Source of the DNA: Sphaerodactylus townsendi
Taxonomy: Eukaryota
NCBI RefSeq assembly: GCF_021028975.2
Contig: NC_059426.1
Location: 74,772,001 to 74,836,000 of the forward strand
DNA length: 64,000 nt
Direction: 5' to 3'
The notes under the pieces were generated by a model, which saw only the letters and a list, made by a program, of their open reading frames with translations, did not search any database and was not told the DNA's origin. Numbering within the stretch: position 1 is the stretch's first letter; each line of letters begins with the position of its first letter. Shown here piece by piece: positions 24,990 through 37,520 of the stretch. Both the position numbers and the translations under genes were made by a program.

Positions 24990-25660
24990 TATCCCGCTTC
25001 TGGATTTCATTGTAAGTAAAGAGTGCACTATGTTTTACTTCTGTGTTAGCTAGGTAGAAACCAACTGTATTAGATAGGAAATAGAATTTGTAAGTTTCTC
25101 TGTATTTGCGACTGCATGGAACCTCCTTGGCCCAAGGTAGGAATCCATCTCGGTTTCACCTGAGCCCACCCTTTTCACGTGCAAAGGTCCCTGATGGACG
25201 CGAACAAAGGAAGATCTCGGAGGAAGCGCCTTGCCCTGCCTAATCCCTTCAGCAGGCAGATACGGGGCTATCGTCATCAAGCCCTGCTTCCTGACCCCGG
25301 ACACCTGGGGAAACCTTTGTGTTTTCCCGCCAGTGGACACGTCATCGCCTCGCCCCACTCTGGCGCGAAATCCAGGAAGGGGATGCCTATCGAACTCTGA
25401 TTGGTTCCTGTATGTTGCAAATGAATGATTGGTTACTTTGAATTTTGCTAATGAATGGTGGTGGGCTGTCTTGTATTCTCCCGGGCTCCCGACGGGAGAA
25501 AGTGTATTTAAGATGTTGTAAGGCTGCTAGGCAGCAGAGTCCTTGTGGAACGGAGGTGCTGACACTTAGGTCGGCATCTCAATAAAACCTTTCTTTTATT
25601 ATACTCGTCGTGTCGGGTCCTGTTCGGGTTCCTAGGCGCTGCTGAGAGCTGGGTACCTTG
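24990..25660 (+). mobile_element. Probable solo LTR (CpG-rich, relatively young)
   Basis: Two inverted CCAAT boxes (tgattggtt ~25398, ~25426), TATA-like tatttaa ~25505 and AATAAA at 25581 with GT-rich downstream sequence, in U3-R-U5 order. Ends not resolved. Confidence 0.5.
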
Positions 25661-25672
25661 GAGCCTGTAGAA

Positions 25673-25818
25673 CCGTGATGGCAAACCTTTGGCACTCCAG
25701 ATGTTATGGGCTACAATTCCCATCAGCCCCTGCCAGCATGGTCAATTGGCCATGCTGGCAGGGGCTGATGGGAATTGTAGTCCATAACATCTGGAGTGCC
25801 AAAGGTTCGCCACCACTG
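25673..25818. mobile_element. Fully palindromic hAT MITE (146 bp)
   Basis: Near-perfect inverted repeat over its whole length; 8-bp TSD CTGTAGAA at 25665-25672 and 25819-25826. Confidence 0.92.
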
Positions 25819-26179
25819 CTGTAGAATGTTACCTGAGCAGCGTGGTAACAACAGGAGCATATCCAGTAAATATGAGCAGGTAATCGGGCTGAAGGTCCTT
25901 TCAAAGATTCATACAACAGCTTTATTTGCAACTGGGGTTGCCAGCTGGCCATTGTGTCCTATCCCTGTAACAGAGGTTTAGCCTGCAGAAGTCAACCGCA
26001 GAGGTTTTTAGGCCATGATGCTAAACTTCAGCTCTTTTCAGTGTAAGCTCATAAATTATCCCACTCTTCCCCATGTGCATGGTGTGAATATGCACACAGG
26101 GCCTGAGCACACAGAAATGTAAATGTGTCAGACTCTTCTCATGGGAGATAGCATGATTCCCTATTACACTGGTTTCACC

Positions 26180-26283
26180 CAGTGGTGGGATTCAGCAGGT
26201 TCGCACCACTTCAGTAGAACCGGTTGTTGATAAAATGGTGCTTGTAAACAACCAGTTGTTAAATTATTTGAATCCCACCACTG
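26180..26283. mobile_element. hAT MITE, CAGTGGTGGGATTCA-TIR family
   Basis: TIRs CAGTGGTGGGATTCA / TGAATCCCACCACTG; 8-bp TSD GTTTCACC. Confidence 0.92.
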
Positions 26284-27049
26284 GTTTCACCACACATGCA
26301 AATGCACAGATTTCAGCAAAATTCTCAACCTTTTTGAGCCACAGAACACCTAACATAAAATAGCTGCTGCAGGAGGCAGAACAGCACACGCAGAGAAAAA
26401 CCCAGTGCCGGGGAGAATAAAGTTCATTGAAAAATATAGTGGAGAAGATGAGTGAGAGAGGGAGCAAAATCAAAACTTGGGTGGCAGTTTCTCCTAAAAC
26501 AATTGTAATCTGTACAGCTAGTTAGAAGCCCTACCAGACAAAAGCCCCACCCATTTTCAACAAACATTTGGGTGTCACCAAGAGAGGTGTTGATGGATGC
26601 CACATTGGGGACTCCTGGATTATACCCTTATACTTGTATTTATAGAACAAATGCACGCACAACAGGAATGCAAATTTATGCTCTCCCACTTACATGTTTT
26701 TGCCTAATGAATACAGCATCTATGCACATAAACATCTTCCCCACGATCAGGAACATTCATACAGAAGTCCCAATTATTTGCCTTTATTCATACAGTCTAA
26801 TACTCATGTGCGTCCTGTGCCCTTTGAGATAAATGTGCATAGGTGAGGGGTAGTACCGGTGTGTTGAGGTGGGTTCAGCTCTTTTGCTGCTGCCATGTAT
26901 ATATCTCATAGGCAACAAATATGCACAGATAGGGGGAGGTGCTTACTACTAAAAACTCCCCTACTCCAGATTCATTAATACATATTTTGAAAGTCTGAAG
27001 AGGTCTAATTGACACTCCGAGGAGCATCTTCGGCAGCTACCCCTTCTCC

Positions 27050-27880
27050 CAGTTCAGGGAAAGTGGGCAGGAAAATACTGGGAGACAGGTGATTGAATTA
27101 ATAGGCTTTTTATTCAAATCAGAGAGGATCTCGGGATCCATAAAAAAAAGAAGAGCTTGTGAACAAAGAAAACTAGCTTTTTTATAATCCAAACAGGAGG
27201 CAGACTCCAGCTTACGTTTTCTGTGCATAATAAAACAATCAATTGTACATTTTGTGACAGAATATATGCTTCCGTGTATTTCTTTAATTAGTTACCCAAA
27301 CTCTCCTTTCCCCCTCCCATCTTTCTATAATATATCATCTAAGGGTGCCGCTAAGTTGCAATTAATTCCTTGAAGTTTGAAAGCTCATACAAGGTTCTGG
27401 GCAAAATCTCAAATTACATCACTAGCTAGATTTCTAATGCTGCAGGAAACTTATTAATTTTCTATAGTGCAAATAATATTACTCTTATGTGTGCTTGTAC
27501 CAATGGGATTCTTAAATGTGATCATAATCAGTTTTTCTATACTATTCACTCATATATTTGTGTGTATGTGAATAAAATATATTTTATCCTTCAAACCTTC
27601 ATTTCATTCCTATAGGGGCAGTTCTTCAGCTTCCCTCTAGCTAACTGATTACCTCATACCTCATTAAAAGTAACAACTTTCACCTGTTCATTCTGAACTT
27701 GTTCTCTTATATTAGAACAATCATCTGTTGGACAGACAATAGGGGGAGGGTTTATCCAGCACTGGTTTCTAGGCTGTCTAATAAACTAAAAATCTATCCT
27801 ATGCTAGGATTCACTGACCTATCTTGAGACTAAAGAAACTTTGGTCAAGAGGCAAAGGCTTCTGGTAGTGTCTCTTATTC
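27050..27880 (-). mobile_element. Probable solo LTR (same family as ~13200)
   Basis: tttattcaaatc, tgcataataaaacaatc and aggcaaaggctt blocks in the same order as at 13.2-13.8 kb. Confidence 0.4.
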
Positions 27881-30829
27881 TTGAATTGTGTTGCTTGTCC
27901 CCATCACTACATAATCACCTGCTAATTGCTGCTGATTGAATTACTGTCAAAGTGACAGCTACAGGCACTGGTTCCAGAACTGACAACCAGTTATACAGGA
28001 CTGCTGCATTAACAGAAGAGGGGAAAAGTTAGTCCTTCTGCCCAGCCAGGCAGGATCAAACTCTGACAATGCTAGTGACAGTGCCTACTTTCTCAAAGAG
28101 AAAAAACAGGGACGGAAGTTAATAAGGGTAGGTTACTCAAAATGACACTAGAAGTCAAGGAAGAACATTATTCCCATCTCAGCGATATTATGGACACAAC
28201 ACAATAAGTGCTCAGATACAACAAGCACAAACATATCCCACAATGAAAATGACAGATTTGTTCCATTTGCTAGCATGAGTCACAGTTTATCAGAAACAAC
28301 ATGGCTTAGTGGGTTGAATGCTAGCCAGTGATTGCCCCAAAGCAGAAACACATGCTGGAGAACCAGTGTTTGATTCCTATATGATGGCTGTAAGTTCCTT
28401 CTTGCAAACTGGAAATCTGTCAAGGCCCAACCAGATGCAGACCAATTAACAATAGTTGCAGTATTTTTCCCCATTAAAAAAGCCCATTTCAGAGCTTGCA
28501 AACATCTGGGGGGTTTTCCGGTCCAAAGGATATGCAATTTTTCCAACATGCTCCATACCTGAAAATATTTAATCTTAGAGAAACACACAGACTTTACAAG
28601 AAGTCCAGGCATACAGAATGATATCTCATCACAATTAGTTTATTACCATTCAGTAAACTGAGAGCTATACAAAAAAAAAATTCCAGTAGTAATAAGAGTT
28701 TTAACAGGTTCTTGCTGGTCGGCGTTTCTGATCAGAGTTTAAATGCAGAATTTGGAAACCCATTTGGCAGAACATTAGGGCCCCTAAACAGATGGCACAA
28801 ATCCCTGAAGTTCCTCTCTGATAGGTAATTTATCATCCTGTCACGGGCTTAGGAGAAGTACAACACATAGTGGGGTGTCTTAAAATGGTTGTCTGAAACC
28901 ACTCTGCTAAGTGAGCAACTAGCTATTTACTTTCTGTTTTCACCTATTTGTTCTTTGTCTCTACATGCGAATTGCTGGAGTGCTACATTTAGACTTTTGA
29001 TTCTGTTTTCATCACCTTTAATTTTTGCTTCTCATCTATCCTCAGCAAGTTAAAATGTTTCCTCAATCAGCCATCAAGGCTTTTCATTTCTTTTTGCTAT
29101 AGGAATAGTCTTTGCTCATTCTACCTTTAACAAGTGGGAGTGTATCCCATTGCTGTACTTGAATCAGCATGCAGGGCAATACCTTCACCCACTGAACTGC
29201 TGCCTACAATATAACTGTTGAAAGGTAGGAATCTTGTCAGGAAAAAAACATTGCAACCCAGAGTGACATTTCTTCCTTTTCCTCACTCTAAGCATTATCA
29301 CCATGATCTTCCATTCCCGTGCAGGGCTGAAAAATTATTTACATTTACTATTAGAAAGTGAGGGCTGAGTCATGACTTTCCCTTTAAGATAGCAAGATTA
29401 AATGATCTTGCAGCATTGAAGATGGGGACTTGAAGGTGGGTATCATGAAGCTCCCCACAGCTGTCAGAATTTCTGCTTTCTAACTTCGAGGTTTGTCACA
29501 AAGATGGGACTCAAATCTCTAACTACTCCAGCCCTGTAATGTGGGATTTGTAGGTAGTGTGATACTGGGTTCTTACAAACTGGTAATTACTAGAGAACCC
29601 AAAACTATTTCTTGAAATGTTTTTCTCTTAAACAAGAGTGCAACACAAGAACAGGAAATACAGTCAATAAACCAAAGCAAACCTAACTGGTCTTCACTTG
29701 AGTGCTAACTGCATACTCTTCTCAGGCAGGCAACACCTATAATTTCCACATAGCTAGTTATCAACTTTAACCAGGTCTCCAGTCTAGACTGCTGCACCTA
29801 TAGCTAGTCTGCAGTGTCCTCACCCCCCATCCAGAAAACCCAGTACAGCCAAAACTTTCTTATTACAACCCAAGCCAATCACAATTCTCCTTCATAGGTG
29901 TTTTGACTCAGCTCTATGATATATAACTATGTACTCCTGAGAACTGCCAAACAATTAACTCATTTTACTGACTGAATTGCCTACAGCTGACTCTCACCCT
30001 CTGGTTTCCAACAATTAAACCTCTCAACCAAGAACATTTTACTTTCAAGGAGGCGTAGCTAGGGAAAAATAGAGCCCAGGGCAAAATCTGAGTCCCCCCA
30101 TGGGCAGCTACCCTCCCCCACCATGACCAAAGGCCACCCTCCCCCACTACAACCAAAGAACATTTTTTTGCACCAGGTCATCTCAAAGTTTGGAGTTTTT
30201 ATAGATACAAGTGTGAAATAGGCATTCAGAGGAAGAGATGGAAATTCAGGCTTCCTTGTACTGTGGCTCATTTGGGCAGGTTTGATATTAATCCAAAGTG
30301 GCTATTATTTCTGACAATGCTTGGGAGAAATGCAAAGGAATGAGTGGAGGGTAAAAAAAAACTAGATGCTCATTGCCTTGGACCCTGCCAGAACCAAAAT
30401 CTATTGGGACTGGTGCAAAAACCAAACCTACCAACTAGGGGAAAAGCTCCAAAGAAACTGCATGAGATTACTTCTCCAATATAATGTCCTGATTTTTGGA
30501 GGAAGCTTTATTGCCATGATAATCATATATAGTTATTTGTAAAAGATACACCCATGCTGTTATCAGCTTGATGAGTTTATGCTTTCCTGTGGGGAGTTTG
30601 TTATAAGTTTGCTCAGGATATTATATTGCTGAAGTAATTTCATGCAGTTTCTTTGGTGTTCTTTCCCTAGTTGGTAGGTTTGGACCCTGCTGCACAGCAT
30701 AAATATGCATGCAGCGAGGAATATGCATGCAGCGAGAGGCAGGCCAGAGTCCGCCCACCCAGATCCGGAAAGGTGCCTTGCAGAAAAGCCGGGTGGTGTT
30801 GTGAAATCTCACACCTCAAAAAATGGAGA

Positions 30830-31440
30830 GGTGAAACCTACTAGTGTCAGCACTGAATGCGTACAGATCCAAGACCAATAAGTGCAGCCACAGAATAAAA
30901 TTAAATAAATAATTTTATTCAAACCAACAAGGGTCTATGCTAGCATCGGGGCCACAGCCAACTGACCAAAATTGGGTACAAGCAAGGTACATCAAAGAGA
31001 AATAGCTGATACATAGGAAAAGAGTTACAACATAATTAAAACAATCAAGCAGTCAATGTGTCCGGAGATGTTCTTAATGTTCCCAAAACATCCAGATATG
31101 TAGATACATTATTGACTTGTATTACTATAATTCACACTATTGACATCCTGTTTTCGGGGATGTTTCTATCACCTTATCTGGATGTGCCTTTATGGCCGGA
31201 GCTTATTTAAACAAAATAAATTAACTGCTGACACTTCCCTGGTTTGTATCAGACTCTTGAATTGCCAGGAGAGGAATTTCCCAAGAAAGGAAGAAGAGGA
31301 GTTTTTCTTTATCATTGAAATTCTTTGGCATTTTTTTGCAGGTGTGATTTCTAGGACAAAAGGAGGTCTTTTGCTAGGACCATGAATTCCATTAGGACAA
31401 AGGGTCTGACAGAGGTGGAGTGTGCAAAGGGCCGCGTGGT
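30830..31440 (-). mobile_element. Probable solo LTR (same family as ~13200)
   Basis: ttttattcaaaccaaca, ataggaaaa and cataattaaaacaatc blocks shared with the 13.2 kb copy. Confidence 0.4.
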
Positions 31441-31459
31441 CTCACAAAGAAGCAGCTTA

Positions 31460-33245
31460 TGTCAGTCAAGTATTTATTGTTTGAGCCATTGGCTATAACA
31501 ATACAAAAATACATGCAGTTAAAACAGTAACTTAGTTAAAAACAATTTAAATTAAAAACAATAATTCTAGTTTTACATTAAAAAATATAAATTATTAGTG
31601 TTCACAATCTCTAAATTAAAATGCCCATCAAATACGTCAGATGTTTTTTGCAGTTTCTTCAGCTAGTCTTAAGCACTTCTCAGTACTTTAAGCAACATTT
31701 TAGTTCAAACAGCTTTAAAATACTTTGTCAGAGGTTTCCCTAGTACGCCAGAACAAAGAGAGCCATCTTTATAAGAAACATAGGAATCAATATCCCATAA
31801 TAAGAAAATCAGTTTCTCATCATCGGATCGTAAAAAAGCTGTCCTAGGTAGTATTGGCTCTAAAAAACCTTTTCTCCTCTTATTTCCAGGATAATATAAA
31901 GGACAGGAGAGTATGCTTAGTGGAAGAGATCCCTCAGGCTCCTTGTTTTCCATACAGATACAAAGCTGAGAAAAAATGGTGTACTCGTGGGTGTATCTGC
32001 CACTAAAAGCACTGCTGCAAGGCATTGATTGGAAATCTAATAGAATTATAAGCTATTCTTAGATTTCTTGTGCTAGGTGTAGTGGTCAGGATATGTAGCT
32101 CTAATATGATCTCTTTTAAATAGCTTCTATACCATGGAGCAGTAAAGTTTTCGTCTGAACTATTAATTGTCTGTTTATCTTCTGGCATCTTCTCTGTACA
32201 CCCAGTCTCGGAGTTCGCCAGCATTGGATGTTGAAACTCTTTTAATAGATCATCATGTGGAATAATGTGTACCGAGGATCGGGGTAAAGGTAGAGCGAGC
32301 TTTTATTTTTTTTGTCATCCAGGAGAGTAAAAGACTTGATGACCAAAGGGTTTCCTTTATTATCTGAGCTGGTTTTTTTTTCCAGGCCTTCCAAGATTGC
32401 CAAGATGGGCAGCATTGATTCAATCTGATGGTAAAACCTAACTCGCTGCCCTCATTAGTGCAGCCGGGTGTTCCCTTTGGCAGCATCAGAACTGGCCGTG
32501 TAAAAGGTTCTTGAATAGGCTTCCAGTGTCTTGAGTATAAGAGTCGGCATTCCAGCCCTGGCTTATTCCATATATAACATATGTGAGATGACTTTACTTT
32601 CAAACAGTTTTACAGCTGGATCTACAAGACAACCATGCCTTGCAGAGTAATAGAAGATGCATAATTGCCCCTATTATTTTTTTATAGCTGAGAGTTCTTA
32701 AAGTTCCTAAGTGTACTTTTCCAATTTAAGGTCTCTTCACTAAAGTTAATTCCTAGATATTTAAATGAGCTGCATTGCTCTATAGGAATTCCTTTGTATC
32801 GTTCCAGGAGTGTTTTTCTCGGTTTTTTCCTTAAATAGCCTTTGTTTTGGATATAAATTGATGGAGGAATGCTTCCTCCTTGCAATATCTCTTCACTGCC
32901 AAGCTATTAGAGCAGTCTTTTTTAATCCCCAATCCCGGGTTTAGAGAAATTAGGACCATGTCGCCTTAGTGCAAGTACAACAGGGTGTGGAAATTTTCTG
33001 TTGGTTAATAGGAGGGGCTATGTATTCTACTGGTCCTGATAACCTTTGTACTATATCGCTTTATATAGAGATTAAAAAAAGTAGTGGAGCTAGGACCACA
33101 GCCTTGCTTTTACACCTCGTTTAGCATTGATATCTTGGTTTGTTAGGGAACCCATCATACCAACTCTAATCCTAGCCTACAGATTGTCTGTCTGTAATTC
33201 ACGAAGAAGGAATAACAAAAGTTGATCGATTAGCAGCTTATGGCT
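31460..33245 (-). mobile_element. 5'-truncated non-LTR retrotransposon (RT plus Cys-rich C-terminus; RTE-X-like, clade uncertain)
   Basis: Fragments IEQCSSFKYLGINF and LCIC..ILSCPLY; 3' end aataaatacttgactgac. The cleaner duplicate at 37188-37860 reads GVKQGCVLAPLLFNLYINDI..LLYADDMVL. Confidence 0.8.
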
Positions 33246-33484
33246 GCTGGCTTCAGGGTGCTGAGGGTTTTGCAACAAGACAGAAAATTCTTTTTTTCTT
33301 ATTTTCCTCGCTCACAGAAGTATACCAAACAATACAAAAACACTTTGATATCAAATGCTAATACATATAATGTGTGAGTATAAAAAAGTGCACCTGTGTG
33401 GATACAAATATACAAACTCATCAACAAGTCTTATGGATGGTTAAGTCCTAAACAACTCAAGGTTTTTTTTGCCATCCACTGAAG

Positions 33485-33530
33485 AGGAAACGAAACCTAG
33501 GAACCCGAAATCCTAGAGAAAGCGAAACTG
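33485..33530 (+). promoter_or_regulatory. ISRE cluster, copy A (one intact GGAAACGAAAC, two disrupted by insertions)
   Basis: aggaaacgaaacctaggaacccgaaatcctagagaaagcgaaactg. Confidence 0.6.
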
Positions 33531-33915
33531 CTTGGGACCATGTCTGGATTGATGCATGGCTCTAGACTAGCTTATGTCCTTGAGTCTTGTAGTGTTGCAA
33601 GAAGAATTAAGAGGACTCTTGTGTATGCTATTTGAATATAGCCTTATGAATATTGCCTTTTGAAAGCACTGGAATTTACTCCCTACATCTCACAGCCAGA
33701 TCCCTCCACGTAAAAGTGACTAGAGCGCCTCTCCCCCAGCCTCGCTCTCTACAGACTCCACCAAGTGACTCATGTGGTGGATGCACTTCAAGCTCAGGAT
33801 GCTCCGCCCATTACTTTTTTTCTTTTTTTTCTCCGCCACCGCAAACGCAGCGTGGTGAAAGCAGCAAAGAGAGGGGCGGCGCCGGATTTCTGTTGATCGG
33901 CGAGTTCCAGCCTAG

Positions 33916-34170
33916 ATGATGGCAAGTGGCGACCTCCTTGGTGACCCCTCCCCGGGCCGTGCGCCCTTGCCACGTTACGAGCAGCTGAAGGAAGAGCAAG
34001 AGCAAATGCTGATGCAGGCGAGAGTTCCGGTTGCCACCACCACGGTGGTCCACATGGGCCCACAGGTCTATGTCTCACCTGCACGTGACCATATTGTCTG
34101 GTCGATCTTTAGCACGATTTACTTAAATTTTTGCTGCCTCGGGGCCATGGCCCTTGCATTTTCCGTCAAG
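33916..34170 (+). CDS. IFITM3: IFITM2/3-like copy A exon 1: [85 protein letters not shown]
   Basis: CD225 domain, [10 protein letters not shown] motif, donor AAG|GTGAGA in phase 0. The copy may be an assembly duplicate. Confidence 0.75.
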
Positions 34171-34651
34171 GTGAGAGGCTCGTCACGGTCCGTGCAGAAG
34201 CAACGGGTCCTTCTTTCCTTGGAACTCGACTTGTTTCCCCCTTCCTCTCTTTCTTCTGAGAATGCGAATAATGCTTGGATCTTAAAGATCGGGATTCCCG
34301 AGGGGAGCTCCGTCTACGCTGCTAACCGTTCTAACAGTCTGAGCTACAGAGTGATGTTTGCTCACAAGGAGGTTCCGAACAGCCCATTATTGCCACAGAC
34401 TCTTCCTCCCCCCGCCCTTTACCATGCTCTGGAAGGTGCCCGGTTATTTGATAGTTTTTTCTGTGTCCCGCCTAAATTATAAGTTACTTTCAAGAGATGA
34501 AAGGAAATGCTTTTTTCCACCAAGAGTGGAAATGTGGGCTAGGTTCTGCTGCTAAAGCTTGCTTTGAATTGGCTGAAGAGTGGATGTGTAAAAAAAATCT
34601 TGAGTAATTTATGGGTGGCGTTGCAGCCCCTTCTTCCTCTGTCTCTGCTGT

Positions 34652-34678
34652 AGAGAGAGAGAGAGAGAGAGAGAGAGA
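34652..34678. repeat. (AG)n microsatellite (also at ~39235-39261)
   Basis: Direct reading. Confidence 0.9.
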
Positions 34679-35144
34679 ACACTGCAGGAGCCGGCAACAT
34701 CTTTATTTTAGTTGGCAACAGCCTGGCTGAGTAGTGAAGAAAATGGTGGTGGGATTATTTATATTGAGCCTACATATATTGGCTCTGCTGCTGCCCTTTT
34801 ATCACTAGCATGGGTGCTTGAACATGTGTGGATGTGTGTGGCTTTTATTGCAGTGGTAGAATGTGTGTTGGGGAATTAATTGGTTTTATAGGGGCCATTA
34901 GCAGGTAGTTTATAGGAGAATTCAGGTGATTAGGGCATCTCTGAAATGTTCTGCTCAAAGACATAGACTGGTAGTTCCTGTGCTGCAAGATAGTTCTAAA
35001 GTAAGAAACTGAGCAAGTGAGAGAAAAGAAGGCCCCCAAGGTGGGCATTTTCTGATACTGTGAAAACATTGCTATCTCTGTACACTTAGGCACATAAGGA
35101 GAACAGATGAATGGCAGGCCTGATTTCCATCCATCCAGACAGAT

Positions 35145-36190
35145 TGGATTTGATTTAAATCAAATCAGTTTAAATCACTAGTCAGCCAGGCTTTATTTAA
35201 ATAATTGTTTTTTACACAAAGACTCATTTGCTAGTATAATCTTAACATTTACAACCAGATTAAAGTTTCATTTTTAGAATAATAACTCTTTGGATTAGTT
35301 TTACAATTACATCAAAATTACTGATTTGTGGGATGTACTTAAATCACACTATTTTCCCTGTGGTTGCCATTTTGATGTGGGACCTGTCATTCCAGTCCCA
35401 GAGCACAGAATCTATTCCCAGGGATTGTCATTCCAGTGTGAGGCCTGTCATTCCATTGTCAGAGTAGTTTGTATGGGCCTAGAGACCTTCATTAAAATCC
35501 ATTCCACATTTTCTTTGCTTGCTACCTTTTTTATGCTGTAACATAGTTCAATGGCGTTCATGCAAGTCAATTGGCAATGCTGGTTCCCATTATTTCAAAT
35601 GGGCCTTCCTGCCTCCCCCATTGTTTCCAATGGGCAATCAGTCATTTCTTATAGTACATCTGTTGATTTGGTTATAGTATTAGAAATACATAGATAATTA
35701 TGAATGTATTACAAAATGAACTATTTCCAGTTTTATTTGGGCCACCAGGTCTTGCATTTCTTTGTTTCTGTTCTGCATGCATGCTTGCGTTACCCAGATG
35801 TAAAGAAAGTTCATTATAATATTCCCAAACTGTGTCTCTTTTCCAACCTGCTGCCATTATAGATCTTTTTTCCCAGGGAGAGAATAATAAGATAAACCTC
35901 AGGGTATACATACAAAGATCCTATGACTTGTGATCAAAAGGTTTCATGCTAATTTTTGCTGCTTGCTCCTCCCTCCTCACACTTAGCAACTTGTGCAGGT
36001 CTATTCCACTACAAATTATCTTGTATTCATTGAACTTCTTGAAACTTCGCACTTAAGGGGGGGGGGGGGCTTTGATTCTGGGTACGTAGATTTGTAAAGG
36101 AACAATGGGATTAAGGTCTTTTTCTCAGCTCTTTATGTTTATTTTATAACACTTTTTCTGAGAAGAAGGGGCATGTTATCTTTGCAGACT
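35145..36190 (-). mobile_element. Internally deleted DNA transposon with a BED-finger-like transposase N-terminus (hAT-like), intronic; duplicate at ~39715-40790
   Basis: MAAGWKRDTVWEYYNEL.. resembles a BED zinc-finger start (..VW.YF); palindromic gatttgatttaaatcaaatc near the end. Confidence 0.55.
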
Positions 36191-36653
36191 CAAAAACGTA
36201 TTGCAAACATCACTAAAGATGTGGGGGAGAAATAATGCTGATTTGGCTGTTGGCTTTGTATCCCAATCTGTCTCCGGTTATAGGGTTCTGGGCATCATTT
36301 TATCACTTTCATTTTATCCACACAACAACCCTTGAAGTGTATGCATTGCCCAAGATCACCCAATGGACTTCCATGACAGAGTGGAGATTTGAACTTGGGT
36401 CTCCCTGATCTTGGTGTGGCATCCTAACCACTGCACCTAAGTGGTCCTTGCAGTGGCCTTTGCTGCATTGGGTGTACCACTGTTGAGTGAAAAGGTAGTT
36501 CATATGTCATAAACTGGTAGCAGTTTATGAGGTAAATGGTGCAAGTTTTGAACACATTATAAGTGTGGACTGTAGGATGCTCAGACCCTTTGGAATCGTT
36601 TTCTTCTGGTTTCTTCCCCTTAGGGCTGATTTACACATGCATGCACTACCACA

Positions 36654-36789
36654 CAGTGGTGGGATTCAGCAGGTTCACAACACTTCGGCAGAACCGGTTG
36701 TTAAAATAGTGCTTGTATACAACCAGTTGCTAAATTATTTGAATCCCACCACCGGAGCCGGTTGTTAAATTATTTGAATCCCACCACTG
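36654..36789. mobile_element. hAT MITE, CAGTGGTGGGATTCA-TIR family, intronic (duplicate at ~41253-41408)
   Basis: TIRs, imperfect TSD ctaccaca/ctaccacc, duplicated 3' subterminal block. Confidence 0.85.
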
Positions 36790-37126
36790 CTACCACCTAT
36801 CTGCATGTGGTGAGTGGACTTCATTGAAGTTTGTGATGGTTTGTATTGACAACATACAACTCTGCATTTCTGCTTAGTGCCCATTTATTTTGAATTTTTC
36901 CAAGCAGCATCTGTGATTCTCTTTTCCTCCACCATTTTATCCTCAAAAAAGTCTTGAGAAGCAGGTTAGACTAAGAGAGTGATTAGCCTTAAGTCACCCC
37001 ATAAGTTTTATGGCAAGTGATCTGGGTTTTGCTAAAACACAGGGAAATTCCTCTTCTATAAATTACTGTTTTGGTATTTCCTAGCTTTCCTTCAGTACCT
37101 AATCTTTCTCTTTTTACCCCTATCAG

Positions 37127-37198
37127 GCACGGGATCGTAAATTGGTTGGTGACCATAATGGTGCAAGCAGCTATGGTTCCACTGCCAATTCCATATAA
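37127..37198 (+). pseudogene. IFITM3: IFITM2/3-like copy A exon 2, truncated at the duplication junction: ARDRKLVGDHNGASSYGSTA-NSI* (108 aa product without the TM helix)
   Basis: Acceptor tttttacccctatcAG|GCA. Identity with copy B ends at 37187, and LINE sequence then supplies TAA at 37196-37198. Confidence 0.75.
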
Positions 37199-37520
37199 CA
37201 TGTATGTGAGATGACTTTAATTTCTCTCAAAACAGTTTTACAGCTGGACCATACAAGACAACCACCTTTTGAGTAATAGAATCTCATAATTGCCCCTATT
37301 ATTTTTATAGCTGAGATTCTTAAAGTTCCTAAGTGTACTTTTCCAATTTAAGGTCCTCCACTCAAAAGTTAATTCCTAGATATTTAAATGAGCTGCATTG
37401 CTCTATAGGAATTCCTTGTATCGTCCAGGAGTGTTTTTTCGGTTTTTTCCTAAATAGCCTTTGTTCTTGATATAATTGATGGAGAGCAAGCCTCCTCCTT
37501 GCAAATATCTCACCTGAAGC

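Noticed and set aside
34171-34482. Read-through parts of ORFs 33916-34482, 38504-39040, 18716-19036, 6511-6915 and 5044-5490
   Set aside because: They run past canonical splice sites at the family-conserved intron position, and the extensions have no IFITM similarity.
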